Assembly (NCBI GenBank): GCA_963820595.1
Contig: CAWGAO010000007.1
Location: 49,071 to 113,070 of the forward strand
DNA: 64,000 nt
Source of the DNA: Candidatus Tagabacteria bacterium
GTDB lineage: Bacteria; Patescibacteriota; Minisyncoccia; GCA-002779875
Direction: 5' to 3'
The translations under genes were made by a program, and so were the position numbers. Under the pieces are notes generated by a model, which was not told the DNA's origin, did not search any database, and saw nothing but the letters and a program-made list of their open reading frames with translations. Positions 35,973 to 45,659 of this stretch are shown in pieces (position 1 is the first letter of the stretch; the number at the start of each line of letters is the position of its first letter).

Positions 35973-36797
35973 TAAGGTGTTTTTTCCGGGAAAATCGCGG
36001 CTTGGATTGCATCAAGCCCGGGATTATCAATGGGAGTCGGCGGCAAGCCGCGGTGAATATAAGTATTGTAGGGAGAATCGATTTTAAGGTCGGCAGTAGT
36101 CAATTCATAAGTATTTTTGCCGAGTGCATAAACGAAGGCGGCATCAACCTGAAGCGGCATTTTTTGGTCAAAACGTTTCCATAAAACTCCGGAAATGATT
36201 CTCCTATCTTCGGGATTTGCCGCCTCTTTTTCTATCAGCGACGCCATCGTCAGAATCTGGTGAAAACTTCTTTTGCTCTTCGCAATCGCATCCTCTAAAT
36301 CCGCTGTCTTGTTTTTGAGATTCTCGTTCATTTTAGCCACGACTTTTTCAGGCGTATCATTAATCAGGAAAAAATAAGTATCGGGAAAAAGATAACCCTC
36401 AAATTCTTTGTCTTTTATTTCAAAATTTTTAAATCCCGCGTCGTTAAAAATCCGGTTGATATCGGCAATTGTCAATCCTTCCGGAATCGTGATTTTAACG
36501 GCTGGGAATGCCGTATTCGCCTTTTATTAAGCGCTGCATCAAACCGATAATGGAGAGGCGTTCGTTAAACATATATTCGCCGGCTTTGATGTCTTTTTCG
36601 TGACCGGAATATCGAATCAACGAATCAAATAATGCGGGGTAACGGACAAGCCCTTCTTTTTGAAAATCCGCGGCTACTTGTTTCAGGGTCGCGCCTTTCT
36701 CAATCGTAATGATTTTGTTTACCGGAAAATCGGACGGAGCGGAAATAACAAAAAGAAACGCCAGAAAAAATACGCCGGCCAGCCGATAGGACGATTT
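35882..36797 (-). pseudogene. mltG: endolytic transglycosylase MltG/YceG, frameshifted near 36495 and lacking an obvious start
   Basis: C-terminal LQVDAAFVYALGK...SPYNTYIHRGLPPTPIDNPG. The upstream frame reads RLAGVFFLAFLFVISAP...KAGEYMFNERLSIIGLMQRLIKGEYGIPSR*, and the shifted frame continues IPAVKITIPEGLTIADI. Confidence 0.7.
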
Positions 36798-36802
36798 TTA
36801 AA

Positions 36803-36837
36803 CCCTCCCACCTAAAATTAAATTTTAGGTGGGAGGG
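36803..36837 (-). terminator. perfect 16-bp-arm hairpin between pcm and mltG
   Basis: CCCTCCCACCTAAAAT-taa-ATTTTAGGTGGGAGGG. Confidence 0.55.
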
Positions 36838-36863
36838 TAAAATTTTTTCTAATTTATCGCTAT

Positions 36864-37538
36864 TCATTTGGTTTGATGATGGTCCTCCACGAACGGCACA
36901 AAAACAAAACCCGGATATTCTTTAGTCTCTAAAAAATCCTTATCTTTTTTCGTAAACATCCAAATTGATTGTCCGATGGGAACCACTATTCTGCCGCCGA
37001 TTTTTAACTGGTCTTTCCATGCCTGCGGCACTTCTCCGCCCAAAGCGGCGGCGGCGATAATCTTGTCAAACGGCGCTTCTTTTGCGAGGCCCTCCGATGC
37101 GTCCTGGCAAAAACACCGCACCACCCCCGTTTTTATAAAATCGAATTTTTCGATATTCTTTTTTCCGAATTTACACAACTCGGGAATTATTTCCAGCGAA
37201 AATACTTCGCCGCCTTTTTTCTGACTTACTATATGCGCAAGAAGTGCGCTTTGCCAGCCCGAACCCGCGCCGACATCCATAATTTTTTCGCCCGGTTGAG
37301 GTTCCAAAAGTTCCAGCATAAAAGCCACGGTATAGGGCTGGGATATGGTCTGGCCGCCGGGAATTTGCAGGGCCTCGTCGACATAGGCGAAACAATTCAT
37401 ATCTTCGGACACGAACTTCGCACGGTCAACGTTTCTGAAAGCATCGATAATGACAGGTGTTTTTAAAACACCGCTTTCTATGAGATGATTGACTAATGAA
37501 TTTAAATCTCCGGACGGCATTATCATATATTTAATCAT
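36864..37538 (-). CDS. pcm: protein-L-isoaspartate O-methyltransferase
   Basis: GQTISQPYTVAFMLELL and DVGAGSGWQSALLA motifs. Confidence 0.9.
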   Translation of the reverse strand: MIKYMIMPSGDLNSLVNHLIESGVLKTPVIIDAFRNVDRAKFVSEDMNCFAYVDEALQIPGGQTISQPYTVAFMLELLEPQPGEKIMDVGAGSGWQSALLAHIVSQKKGGEVFSLEIIPELCKFGKKNIEKFDFIKTGVVRCFCQDASEGLAKEAPFDKIIAAAALGGEVPQAWKDQLKIGGRIVVPIGQSIWMFTKKDKDFLETKEYPGFVFVPFVEDHHQTK

Positions 37539-37587
37539 TTTTAGAACAAAAGGAAAAGACCCCGCTTTTCAGCGGGGTCTTTAGAGA

Positions 37588-39915
37588 CTATTCTTGTTTG
37601 GAGATTTTTTCTCCTTTAGCCTGATAAACTTGACGCTTTTTTACAGGCTCGAAAGGAATATATTTAGGGACAATTTTGGTAATGTTTTCGTGTTCATCCA
37701 TATTCACTTCAACTACCCAGATTCCCACCCAAGGAGTATAGCCTTTAGCTTCTATATACTTTGTCTTATCCTGAAGACAAGGCACCATAAAGCCGGCAAT
37801 TCCTTTGTAAAGCATAAACAGGGAAACATGGAGATGGCCGCACAAAATGACTTTTGCCTCCCCGAACAATTCCATATCGGAAACCATATTTTCAATCAGT
37901 TTTTGCGGACGATAGGAACGGCCGTAAGGGATGCCGCCGCTTGGATGGTCAAGGCAGAATTTTATTCCGTTGATGTCAACGATACCTCGGCTTCCACTGA
38001 TTCCATCCAATGTCTCAAGGACGACCAGATTCAAACCTTTCTCGGCGTTGCCAAGCCGGACAAAATTACTGACTATGTCATAACCGCACTTATCAAGAAA
38101 AATTTTCTCATGGGAACTTCCCATAATGAGAAAAGTGGGGATTTTTGACTTGGGCCATATTTCAAGTCCGTGATCTCTTTGGGCGTCAGCTCCTATATAA
38201 GCAAGTTCGCGCACTTGCCCTTTGTAAGAATCTTCTCCTTCAAAGACATCACCGGAATGCAAAATGGCATCAGCTTGTTCTTTATCAGCTTCATCATACG
38301 CTGCTCTGATCAAGTCGGGCCTTTCATATTTATGGCCAAGATGCGTATCAGATATATTGATTGTTTTTGCTTTTTTGGTTTTGGGTTTTTCCGCGACAGA
38401 TTTTCCCGGGAAAAACTGAGATACATATGCATCTAGCGGTTTAAATTCTTCCTGAAGTTTCCTTTGCCAATGGTATGACTTGGAAGCTTCATCAAAGATA
38501 ACCTTAATTCCCTTCTCATCCAGTTTTTTGACAATTTCCTGAACATGCTCTTCGCCAATTTTCAGTCGACGGGAAAGAGAACCTTTTCTGCGCGGCTTAT
38601 CGGCAAGCAAGTTTAAAAAATCCTGCTCTTCTTGATCCAAGGATTTATCGGCCAATTCGCCAGTCGGATTAAGCAGATAGTCGTTTTCCTTGAAATAGGC
38701 GGTCATATTGTAAAATGAGCAAAGCGGTGGATTTTTCAAATATCCCTCATCATTAAATTCGAAAGAAACAACGACGCACCCTAAAACATGGGAGCCGCCG
38801 CGTTTTTTACTCACCGCTTGTGATGAAGGGATGCGATGAAGCGCGGGAATAGCGACTTTATCAAAATCGTTAATCCTCGTTCCTTTAAGAGGAAAGCGCC
38901 GCGGGTCAAGAATTGCCGTATGCGTTCCGCCCATAAGAATCATCTGCAAAGGATCGGAATGTTCAAAAACGTAATATTCCGCTTCCTGGAGATTTTCGCT
39001 GATTCCCTGCAAGGTATAACTTTTCGTGTAGGGATCGCTTCCGCTAACGCACATTACGCCAATTTTCACTTTTTCTTTCTTGCCGATTGAAAGAGTCGTT
39101 TTCAGGTCATCCTTACAACTCAAATCTTTTCTTTCCTTGTTTTTAGCAAGCGCTTCTCCGATATTGATGCCGTCTTCGCCGGCTTCCCAACTCAAGTCTC
39201 TAGGCCCATTTATAAAAGTAGTCTTGAAAGAGGCTTTTGGAATATGCTTAATCGCATAATCCAGTTGTTCTTCGGCCGTCAAAAGGAAATAATCTTTTTC
39301 CTTCGCCTTTTGAGGTTTTCCGGCAACAATATTTCCGGCGATTACCGCGAAAAATACTCCTTCTTCCTCGCCGATTTTATAAGCGGTTTCAAGAAGAGTT
39401 GGCTGCTGCGTTTTAAGACCGAAACAAATGTCGGAGACAAACAGCACCTTTATAACATTGCTTGTAATTTTGTCGGGCTTTTCCTCTTTTTCTTTACCGG
39501 GAGACGGTTCGGAAACCAAAGAAACCATAGTTTCTTTTGCTCCCTTTTTTATTTCGATGTTGTAACCAAGTTCGGCGAATTTATCCCTTATAGGGAAAAC
39601 TTCCTCCTTGGGAACATCCAGCGCATTGGAAACTTCCTTCAACGTTTTCGGTCCGTCTTTTAAGATTTTCGGCAGCTTTCTTTCTTTGGCGCTTAAAACC
39701 AAAGGGGATTTGTGTTCGAAATGCTTTATCCAATCTTTATGTTGGTAGGCTTGGCTCTGGACCGAATTCCATGATCTTTTTGGGAAAATTCTCTTCGTCT
39801 TTTTCTCTAATTCGGCAAATGATTTGCAAACTTTGCATAACTCTTCAAGTTTTTCTTTCTCTTTAATGCCCCATATTTTTTTGCTATTTCCCCTTTTTGC
39901 CTTTTCCATCATCAA
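37588..39915 (-). CDS. 775-aa protein with two tandem [winged-helix + calcineurin-like metallophosphoesterase] modules; the first is degenerate, the second intact
   Basis: Module 2: INISDTHLGH (DxH), LHSGDVFEG (GD), IMGSSHE, LCGHLHV (GHxH). Module 1 at equivalent spacing: VLFVSDICFG, VIAGNIVAG, INGPRD, LMGGTHTA. Confidence 0.65.
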   Translation of the reverse strand: MMMEKAKRGNSKKIWGIKEKEKLEELCKVCKSFAELEKKTKRIFPKRSWNSVQSQAYQHKDWIKHFEHKSPLVLSAKERKLPKILKDGPKTLKEVSNALDVPKEEVFPIRDKFAELGYNIEIKKGAKETMVSLVSEPSPGKEKEEKPDKITSNVIKVLFVSDICFGLKTQQPTLLETAYKIGEEEGVFFAVIAGNIVAGKPQKAKEKDYFLLTAEEQLDYAIKHIPKASFKTTFINGPRDLSWEAGEDGINIGEALAKNKERKDLSCKDDLKTTLSIGKKEKVKIGVMCVSGSDPYTKSYTLQGISENLQEAEYYVFEHSDPLQMILMGGTHTAILDPRRFPLKGTRINDFDKVAIPALHRIPSSQAVSKKRGGSHVLGCVVVSFEFNDEGYLKNPPLCSFYNMTAYFKENDYLLNPTGELADKSLDQEEQDFLNLLADKPRRKGSLSRRLKIGEEHVQEIVKKLDEKGIKVIFDEASKSYHWQRKLQEEFKPLDAYVSQFFPGKSVAEKPKTKKAKTINISDTHLGHKYERPDLIRAAYDEADKEQADAILHSGDVFEGEDSYKGQVRELAYIGADAQRDHGLEIWPKSKIPTFLIMGSSHEKIFLDKCGYDIVSNFVRLGNAEKGLNLVVLETLDGISGSRGIVDINGIKFCLDHPSGGIPYGRSYRPQKLIENMVSDMELFGEAKVILCGHLHVSLFMLYKGIAGFMVPCLQDKTKYIEAKGYTPWVGIWVVEVNMDEHENITKIVPKYIPFEPVKKRQVYQAKGEKISKQE

Positions 39916-40015
39916 CCTCCTATTGCCTTTATGGTCTTTTCAAAGATCTTTTTTCCTTTTCCTTTATAGTAAATATAAAATATTTTGCAAAGAAAAGATA
40001 TAAAAAATCAGGTTG

Positions 40016-40042
40016 ACAAAAACCCAGGTTTTAAGCCTGGAT
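40016..40042 (-). terminator. intrinsic terminator
   Basis: Minus-strand CCAGG-cttaaaa-CCTGG followed by GTTTTTG. Confidence 0.6.
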
Positions 40043-40084
40043 TTATCGTGCTATTACTTTTTGGATTTATATAAACGGCCGGGC

Positions 40085-40516
40085 TCACTTGGCGGGAACT
40101 TTTTCAATAGGTTTGCCGTTTTCGTCGCAATTGGTCGTGGATGCGGTTGTGGAAGTAGTGGTGGGCGATATTAATTGATTGATAACGCAGTTTTGCGGTT
40201 GTTCCGGCGTACACGAACCGTATTTGGCGTAAAGGTAAATGCTCCGGGCGGCATACAAACCGCTGATTGTAAATATTATCACGAAAATCCAGCTCAAAAT
40301 TTCGAATCGGCGAAAAACAAAGCCGCCGATTTTTTCGTTTCTTTTCAAAAACCATGAAGTAACCACTGCCTTGACCTTTTGATTGAAACCGGTATTGCAG
40401 GGCCGCAAAGTGATACGCCGAAAAACGCAGTCAAACGCCTCTTTGGCAAGAATGCGGTATTTAACGCTAAAGATACTCAAAAATACAAGAACAACGAAAG
40501 CGATTATGCAGGGCAT
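40085..40516 (-). CDS. hypothetical membrane protein
   Basis: 143-aa ORF with two TM helices and a Thr/Ser-rich tail. Confidence 0.5.
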   Translation of the reverse strand: MPCIIAFVVLVFLSIFSVKYRILAKEAFDCVFRRITLRPCNTGFNQKVKAVVTSWFLKRNEKIGGFVFRRFEILSWIFVIIFTISGLYAARSIYLYAKYGSCTPEQPQNCVINQLISPTTTSTTASTTNCDENGKPIEKVPAK

Positions 40517-40523
40517 TTTAAAT

Positions 40524-41740
40524 TTAAGATAATTTAATAATTTTCTTTAACGACAGTGCGAAATATTCGGCTTCGGCTTCGGTGTTATAAAAATAAACAG
40601 AGGCGCGGACCGAATCTTTGATTCCGCGGCTTATTGTACCATGAATGAACGCAATGCCGTCCCGAACGAACCATTATATGATAAGTTTTATCGAGCAGAA
40701 GAGAAATTTCATGAGAAAACATTTGCGGATGGTAGAAATTAATAATACCGCTCCGCTCTTCGGGATTTTCCGGGCCGATGATTTTCAGTTGCGGGAAATT
40801 CTTTACGCCATCGGTGATAATTCGATTCAGTTTTACTTCTTGCGATTTTATATTCTCAAACCCAATATTTTTGACGATATTTCACGGCCTCTCCCAAACC
40901 AATGATTCCCGCGAAATCAATGAGGCCGGCTTCAAAGCGTTCCGGCCCGTTCAGAAATTTATGATTTTCATAAGTTGAATCTTCCACTGTTCCCCCGCCG
41001 ACAATAAACGGACGTAATTTTTCCATCAGGTTTTTTTTGACATAAAGCACGCCCGTGCCTGTCGGTCCGAGTATTTTGTGTCCGGAAAACGCCAAAAAAT
41101 CGCAATCCAAATCATGAACGTCGATTTTCTGATGTCCTGCCGCTTGCGCCGCATCAACCAAAACCGCAGAACCGTTCTGATGAGCCGATTCTACGATTTC
41201 TTTTATCGGATTGGTGACGCCGTCGAGATTCGAAGTAAAAACAACGGAAATTAATTTTACTTTTGGAGAAAGTTTCTTTTTTAATTCATCTAATGTCGAA
41301 AGTATTGTCGGATTTTGATTTTATGATGCCTAGCTTGATTCCTTTTTCTTCTCCAAAATCTGCCACGGAATAAGATTCGAATTGTGCTCTTTATCGGAAA
41401 TTAAAACCTCATCGCCTTTTTCCAGCGCAAAACTTCTGGCGATCAAGTTGATGCCCTCCGTCGTATTGCGCGTGAAAATGATTTCTTCCGGTTTGGCGTT
41501 TATGAAATCGGCGACAATTTTTCTGGCTTCGGCTATTTTCCGGTTAACCATTTCCCCCATCGTGTGGTTGCTTCTTCCGCCGCAGGCCGGATATTCGCGG
41601 TAATAGTTGTCCATCGCCTCGATGACCGGCTCCGGTTTTAGCGTCATACAGGCATTATCGAAATAAACCGGTCCGCCAGCTGGCGGAGTAAATATCGGAA
41701 AATCCTTTCTGATTTTATCAACGTCAAAAATTTTACTCAT
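40524..41740 (-). pseudogene. class V aminotransferase / cysteine desulfurase (SufS/NifS-like) broken by at least 3 frameshifts
   Basis: N-terminal fragment FDNACMTLKPEPVIEAM...FTRNTTEGINL; middle fragment FLAFSGHKILGPTGTGVLYV. The C-terminus is read in two further frames (...MVRSGRHCVHSW / TISRGIKDSVRASVYFYNTEAEAE). Confidence 0.8.
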
Positions 41741-41741
41741 T

Positions 41742-42762
41742 TTATTTAATTAAATTGCAATACTCGCCCCATATATTTAAAATCTTTTTCAAAAATTCTT
41801 GGTCAATTGAGCGATTACTTTTAATATATCCATTCGTTATACTATAAATCTTATATGCGGCAAAGAGCGGCCATATACGAAAATTGCCTAGTATCGGTTT
41901 ACTGAATTTTTCTTTTGCGATGTGTTCAAACTCCTTTTCTCTATTATTAATATACTTATTTTCTAAATAGCCAAATGAGCTAAACAAACAATAAGTCGTA
42001 GCCTCGCGCAGGACACTGTCAACGGTGTAAGATAATTTGGGCCATTTTATCGGCCGCTGAATATGACACCTATTTCGGTCTATCAGGTTTTTACAATATT
42101 TTTGCTGAAAAATATGTGCGATTTCATGCCATATCACACCCGCAAATCTTCCGTAGTTTAACGGTTGTGCTGCGGAACACTCAAGAGTAATGTTTCGGCC
42201 TAAATTCGCCCCTCCGCCCAATGAACCAAAAGAACTGCTTATTAATAAAAAAATATTTATTTCTTTGGGAATTGAATCGGTTTTATAAAAAATTTTAAGT
42301 TTTCTTTGTAAAAGTTTAAAATAGATATTTGATTCAAATTTGGCGTTCAGGAATGCCTGCCTGGAAAATAATTTTCCTTTTTCTGCTCGCCATATTTTTT
42401 TAAATCTCCCATCAAATAAGGCGAAGGTTTTTTTAATTTCTTCAACTTCTTCTCTCGCTGCCCAATTTTCCAATCCTTTCCAAATTCTATTTTCGTCAGA
42501 GAAAAAAAATGGTTTTCCCAAAAAATGAACCTTTGGTCAGCGAGGGCTCGCTGTCAAAACTATGCTTTTTTAAAATTTTGGCGAACCTTGCAAGGGCTTT
42601 TTTTTCTTTACTACTCAACTTGCCTGTTTTTTTAATCCAATTTTCTCTGTCCCAGATTCTTATAGAGTGATGCCACCCCGCAAGCGTTTGTATAAAATGA
42701 AATTTATTGCCCAATCGCGAGATCTTAAAATTAACTTTCATAAACTTGACTTTTTTTGACAT
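41742..42762 (-). pseudogene. HExxH-motif protein, paralog of 10389-11360, split by a 1-nt shift in a homopolymer (about 42510-42520)
   Basis: The track ORFs 42496-42762 and 41742-42521 overlap. ...SFFGKTIFFL* versus (L)GKPFFFSDENRIW differ by one T in a T6/T8 run. Carries VIWHEIAHIF. Confidence 0.65.
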
Positions 42763-42820
42763 TTAATATATTATCTTTGCAGATAGCAACTTTGAAAAAT
42801 ACCGAATAAAAAGGAGAATA

Positions 42821-43915
42821 ATGATGGATTTAGGTTATTTTCTTATTATAAAGCCAGTTGGTACTCTTTGCAATCTCAGATGCAGTTATTGTTATTACAA
42901 ACATCTGGATCAGGGCGCAAAAACGCTGATGTCTTATGAGACATTAGAGAAGATTATTGAAAGAGCATTGTTGAGTAACGCGAAAACAGTTCATTTCTGC
43001 TGGCACGGCGGAGAGCCGACCTTAAGAGGGCTCGATTTTTACCGAAAGGCAATGGAATTTCAGCAATCGAAAAATGTTCAACAAAAAACAATTATTAATC
43101 TTATCCAGACAAACGGTGTCCTTATTAATAAGAATTGGATAGATTTTTTCCGAAAGGAAAAATTTGATGTCGGCATTAGCCTCGACGGTACAAAAGAACT
43201 GCATGACAGCAACCGCAAATTAAGCAATGGAAAAGGATTTTTTGATAGAACTTTCAATGCTTTACAGTTGCTTCAAAAAGTAAATATTCCCCATGGCGTT
43301 ATACACACCGTTACGAAAAATACTCTAAAATTAGCCGCAGAAAGCGCACAGTTTTTTATCAATTCGGGATTAAAAAAATGGTCGTATAATGAATATTTTG
43401 AACTCGATCAAAACGGAAAGAAAACACCTAATTCTTTATCTGGAAAGGAATGGACGAATTTTTTAATCTCTGTTTTCAAAACTTGGCTGAATAGCGGAAA
43501 GGATGAAATAAAAATTCGCGAAATACAGAATTTAATTTTTTGGTCATTAGGCTTCAAGCCAAATAACTGCACCCATAGTGGAAATTGTCATAAATTTCTG
43601 ACTATAAATTACAATGGTGACATCTATCCCTGCGAGAGATTGATGGATTACGGCCAGTTTGGAAATATTAAAGATATTGCCATCAGCGAAATTGAAAATC
43701 TTCCCTCATATCAGAAACTAAAAACTGCTGTTTCTGACTATCCCGAGAAATGCAGAACCTGCAGATTTTTTCAAAATTGCCATAATGGCTGCACAAGCCA
43801 TAGAATTAGTGGTTTAAATGGTAAATATTATTTCTGCGAATCACGAAAATATCTTTTCAGATATTTCGCTGAAATGATAAAATCCGCCAAAGAAAGCTCG
43901 AAAGGAGGTGAATAA
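42821..43915 (+). CDS. radical SAM enzyme with C-terminal SPASM domain, paralog of 9073-10227
   Basis: CNLRCSYC and WHGGEPTL. SPASM: CHKFLTINYNGDIYPC, CRTCRFFQNCHNGC (CX2CX5CX3C), YYFC. Colinear with the 9073 enzyme throughout. Confidence 0.9.
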   Translation: MMDLGYFLIIKPVGTLCNLRCSYCYYKHLDQGAKTLMSYETLEKIIERALLSNAKTVHFCWHGGEPTLRGLDFYRKAMEFQQSKNVQQKTIINLIQTNGVLINKNWIDFFRKEKFDVGISLDGTKELHDSNRKLSNGKGFFDRTFNALQLLQKVNIPHGVIHTVTKNTLKLAAESAQFFINSGLKKWSYNEYFELDQNGKKTPNSLSGKEWTNFLISVFKTWLNSGKDEIKIREIQNLIFWSLGFKPNNCTHSGNCHKFLTINYNGDIYPCERLMDYGQFGNIKDIAISEIENLPSYQKLKTAVSDYPEKCRTCRFFQNCHNGCTSHRISGLNGKYYFCESRKYLFRYFAEMIKSAKESSKGGE

Positions 43916-43917
43916 AA

Positions 43918-44100
43918 ATGACTAAGAACGGAAAGTCGGTTTTCTGCTCTCATCTGCCGCAACGCGAAAAAGACTGCCTCCTAAGAGCTGTTGAAAACAC
44001 ACAGCAACAATCTCTCCAACTTGCCAGTTGGGGAGATAATTGGAACGACGCTAACGAAAGCGGCTGGAGCGACTCCGGCATCTGGAAACAAAAGGATTAA
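43918..44100 (+). CDS. 60-aa candidate RiPP precursor peptide
   Basis: Starts 2 nt after the rSAM stop, behind AAAGGAGGTG. Product: MTKNGKSVFCSHLPQREKDCLLRAVENTQQQSLQLASWGDNWNDANESGWSDSGIWKQKD. Confidence 0.65.
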   Translation: MTKNGKSVFCSHLPQREKDCLLRAVENTQQQSLQLASWGDNWNDANESGWSDSGIWKQKD

Positions 44101-44121
44101 AGCGTCGCTCACTGCTAACAA

Positions 44122-44163
44122 AAGCCTGGATTTCTCACCGAATCCAGGCTTTATTTCTTTTTT
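44122..44163 (+). terminator. intrinsic terminator after the peptide gene
   Basis: AAGCCTGGATT-tctcaccg-AATCCAGGCTT followed by TATTTCTTTTTT. Confidence 0.8.
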
Positions 44164-44176
44164 CACTCTTTCAAGT

Positions 44177-44818
44177 TCAAGATTTTGATTCTACCGTGAC
44201 TTTTTCCATAACTACGGGCTTCACCGGTTTGTCGTTGGCGCCGGTTTGAATATTTCCGATCGCATCAACAACTTCCTGTCCCTTCACGACTTTTCCGAAA
44301 ATAGTGTAACTATTCGGCAAAGAGTAATCTTCAAGCATGATGAAAAATTGGCTGCCGTTCGTATTCGAACCGGCGTTTGCCATCGCGACAACGCCTTTTT
44401 TATAACCCGCTTTGTACGATTCCGTGTTGGGGTTGAGTTCGTCTTCGAAGGTATAACCCGGTCCGCCCGTGCCATTTCCGTTCGGGTCCCCGCCCTGAAT
44501 CATAAATCCTTTTATGACGCGATGGAACATTAAACCGTCGTAAAAACCTTTTCCAGCGAGAGTAATGAAATTATTGACCGTTTTTGGCGCATCCGCGTCA
44601 TAGGTTTCGAATTGGATTTCCCCATAATTAGTTTCGATTGTGATAATATGCATTTTATTTTTAAAGTTAGCTGGCGATTCGACCGATTGCTTTACGGAAC
44701 TTAAATTTAAATTAATGCTCTCTTTATTATCCTGATATTTGTATCTTGAAAAATAACCAACAACTATTACCGCTATCACGATTGCAATAATGGCCCCGAT
44801 TAAATAAGGATTTTTCAT
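44177..44818 (-). CDS. cyclophilin-type peptidyl-prolyl isomerase with an N-terminal membrane anchor
   Basis: FHRVIKGFMIQGGDP and SMANAG-like VAMANAGSNTNGSQFFI. Confidence 0.9.
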   Translation of the reverse strand: MKNPYLIGAIIAIVIAVIVVGYFSRYKYQDNKESINLNLSSVKQSVESPANFKNKMHIITIETNYGEIQFETYDADAPKTVNNFITLAGKGFYDGLMFHRVIKGFMIQGGDPNGNGTGGPGYTFEDELNPNTESYKAGYKKGVVAMANAGSNTNGSQFFIMLEDYSLPNSYTIFGKVVKGQEVVDAIGNIQTGANDKPVKPVVMEKVTVESKS

Positions 44819-44833
44819 ATCAATAATTTTTTA

Positions 44834-45391
44834 TTATTTAAGATTTATCGCAAATTCGAAAGTTTTTTGAATCAGTTCCCGAAGCAACTCACGAGTCTTT
44901 TCGTCTTTTAGCGAACCATTGGCATCAAATACTTCGGCGCACTGGCCGATAAATACCTCAGGCTGGGGCAAAACAAAAGCATTGAGCGCCGTAAAAACCT
45001 GGCGCAGATGGCATTGTCCGTGCGCCGTTCCGAAGCGGCCGGGAGAAGCTCCGAAAATCGCCACGACTTTTTTATCGAATGAATTTCCGCCGCGCGAAAG
45101 CCAATCAATGGCGTTTTTTAATCCGCCGGGGATCGAATAATTGTATTCGGGAGAAGCAATAAGTATAACGTCGGACAATTCAACTATCACTTTCAATTTT
45201 TGAACCGGTTTCGGAAAACTCTTGGCTTCGATATCGCCGTCATAAATCGGCAGGTTAAATTCTTTTAAATCCGCTTCCGACACTTCTGCGTCCAAATCAA
45301 CCGCGATTCTTTTGGCAAGATGCAATAATTTGCGATTATACGAATCGGCTCTTAAACTTCCGCAAATTCCCAATACTTTGAGTTTTACCAT
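44834..45391 (-). CDS. NAD(P)H-dependent FMN reductase family oxidoreductase
   Basis: ICGSLRADSYNRKL and SPEYNYSIPGGLKNAIDWLS motifs. Confidence 0.85.
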   Translation of the reverse strand: MVKLKVLGICGSLRADSYNRKLLHLAKRIAVDLDAEVSEADLKEFNLPIYDGDIEAKSFPKPVQKLKVIVELSDVILIASPEYNYSIPGGLKNAIDWLSRGGNSFDKKVVAIFGASPGRFGTAHGQCHLRQVFTALNAFVLPQPEVFIGQCAEVFDANGSLKDEKTRELLRELIQKTFEFAINLK

Positions 45392-45433
45392 ATTTTAATT
45401 ATATTTATTTTTGATTTTTAGGCAAAATAAATG

Positions 45434-45470
45434 CCCCCACCGTTTCGATTCTGAGGGGGTCTTTTATTTC
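45434..45470. terminator. hairpin with T-runs on both strands
   Basis: CCCCCAC-cgtttcgattc-TGAGGGGG followed by TCTTTTATTT. On the minus strand it is followed by CATTTATTTT. Confidence 0.5.
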
Positions 45471-45659
45471 TGTTGCGTTCTCTTATTTGCCCCGGATTAG
45501 GCACGCCGGAAGAGGCATCCGGGTAAATCCCTCTTTTACTGAGTCGGGCACTGAGAAACCCCTGTCTAATTTCTAAGGCCGGGGAACGCTATCGTAAGGA
45601 CCCTAGCTGTCATGAACCCCTCGGTAATCTCCGCTAGGCGAGACTGCCGGAATTTACGA

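Noticed and set aside
45470-45659. Whether the structured GC-rich segment is SRP RNA, tmRNA, RNase P RNA, or a TPP or FMN riboswitch.
   Set aside because: I checked by eye for GGAA-tetraloop/AGCA SRP helix 8, tRNA-like GGTTCGA ends, GAAAGTCCGGGC, ACCTGA pairing with CTGAGA, and RFN motifs, and none fits. The downstream gene also appears to have its own TATAAT right at the ATG. The segment is left unclassified.
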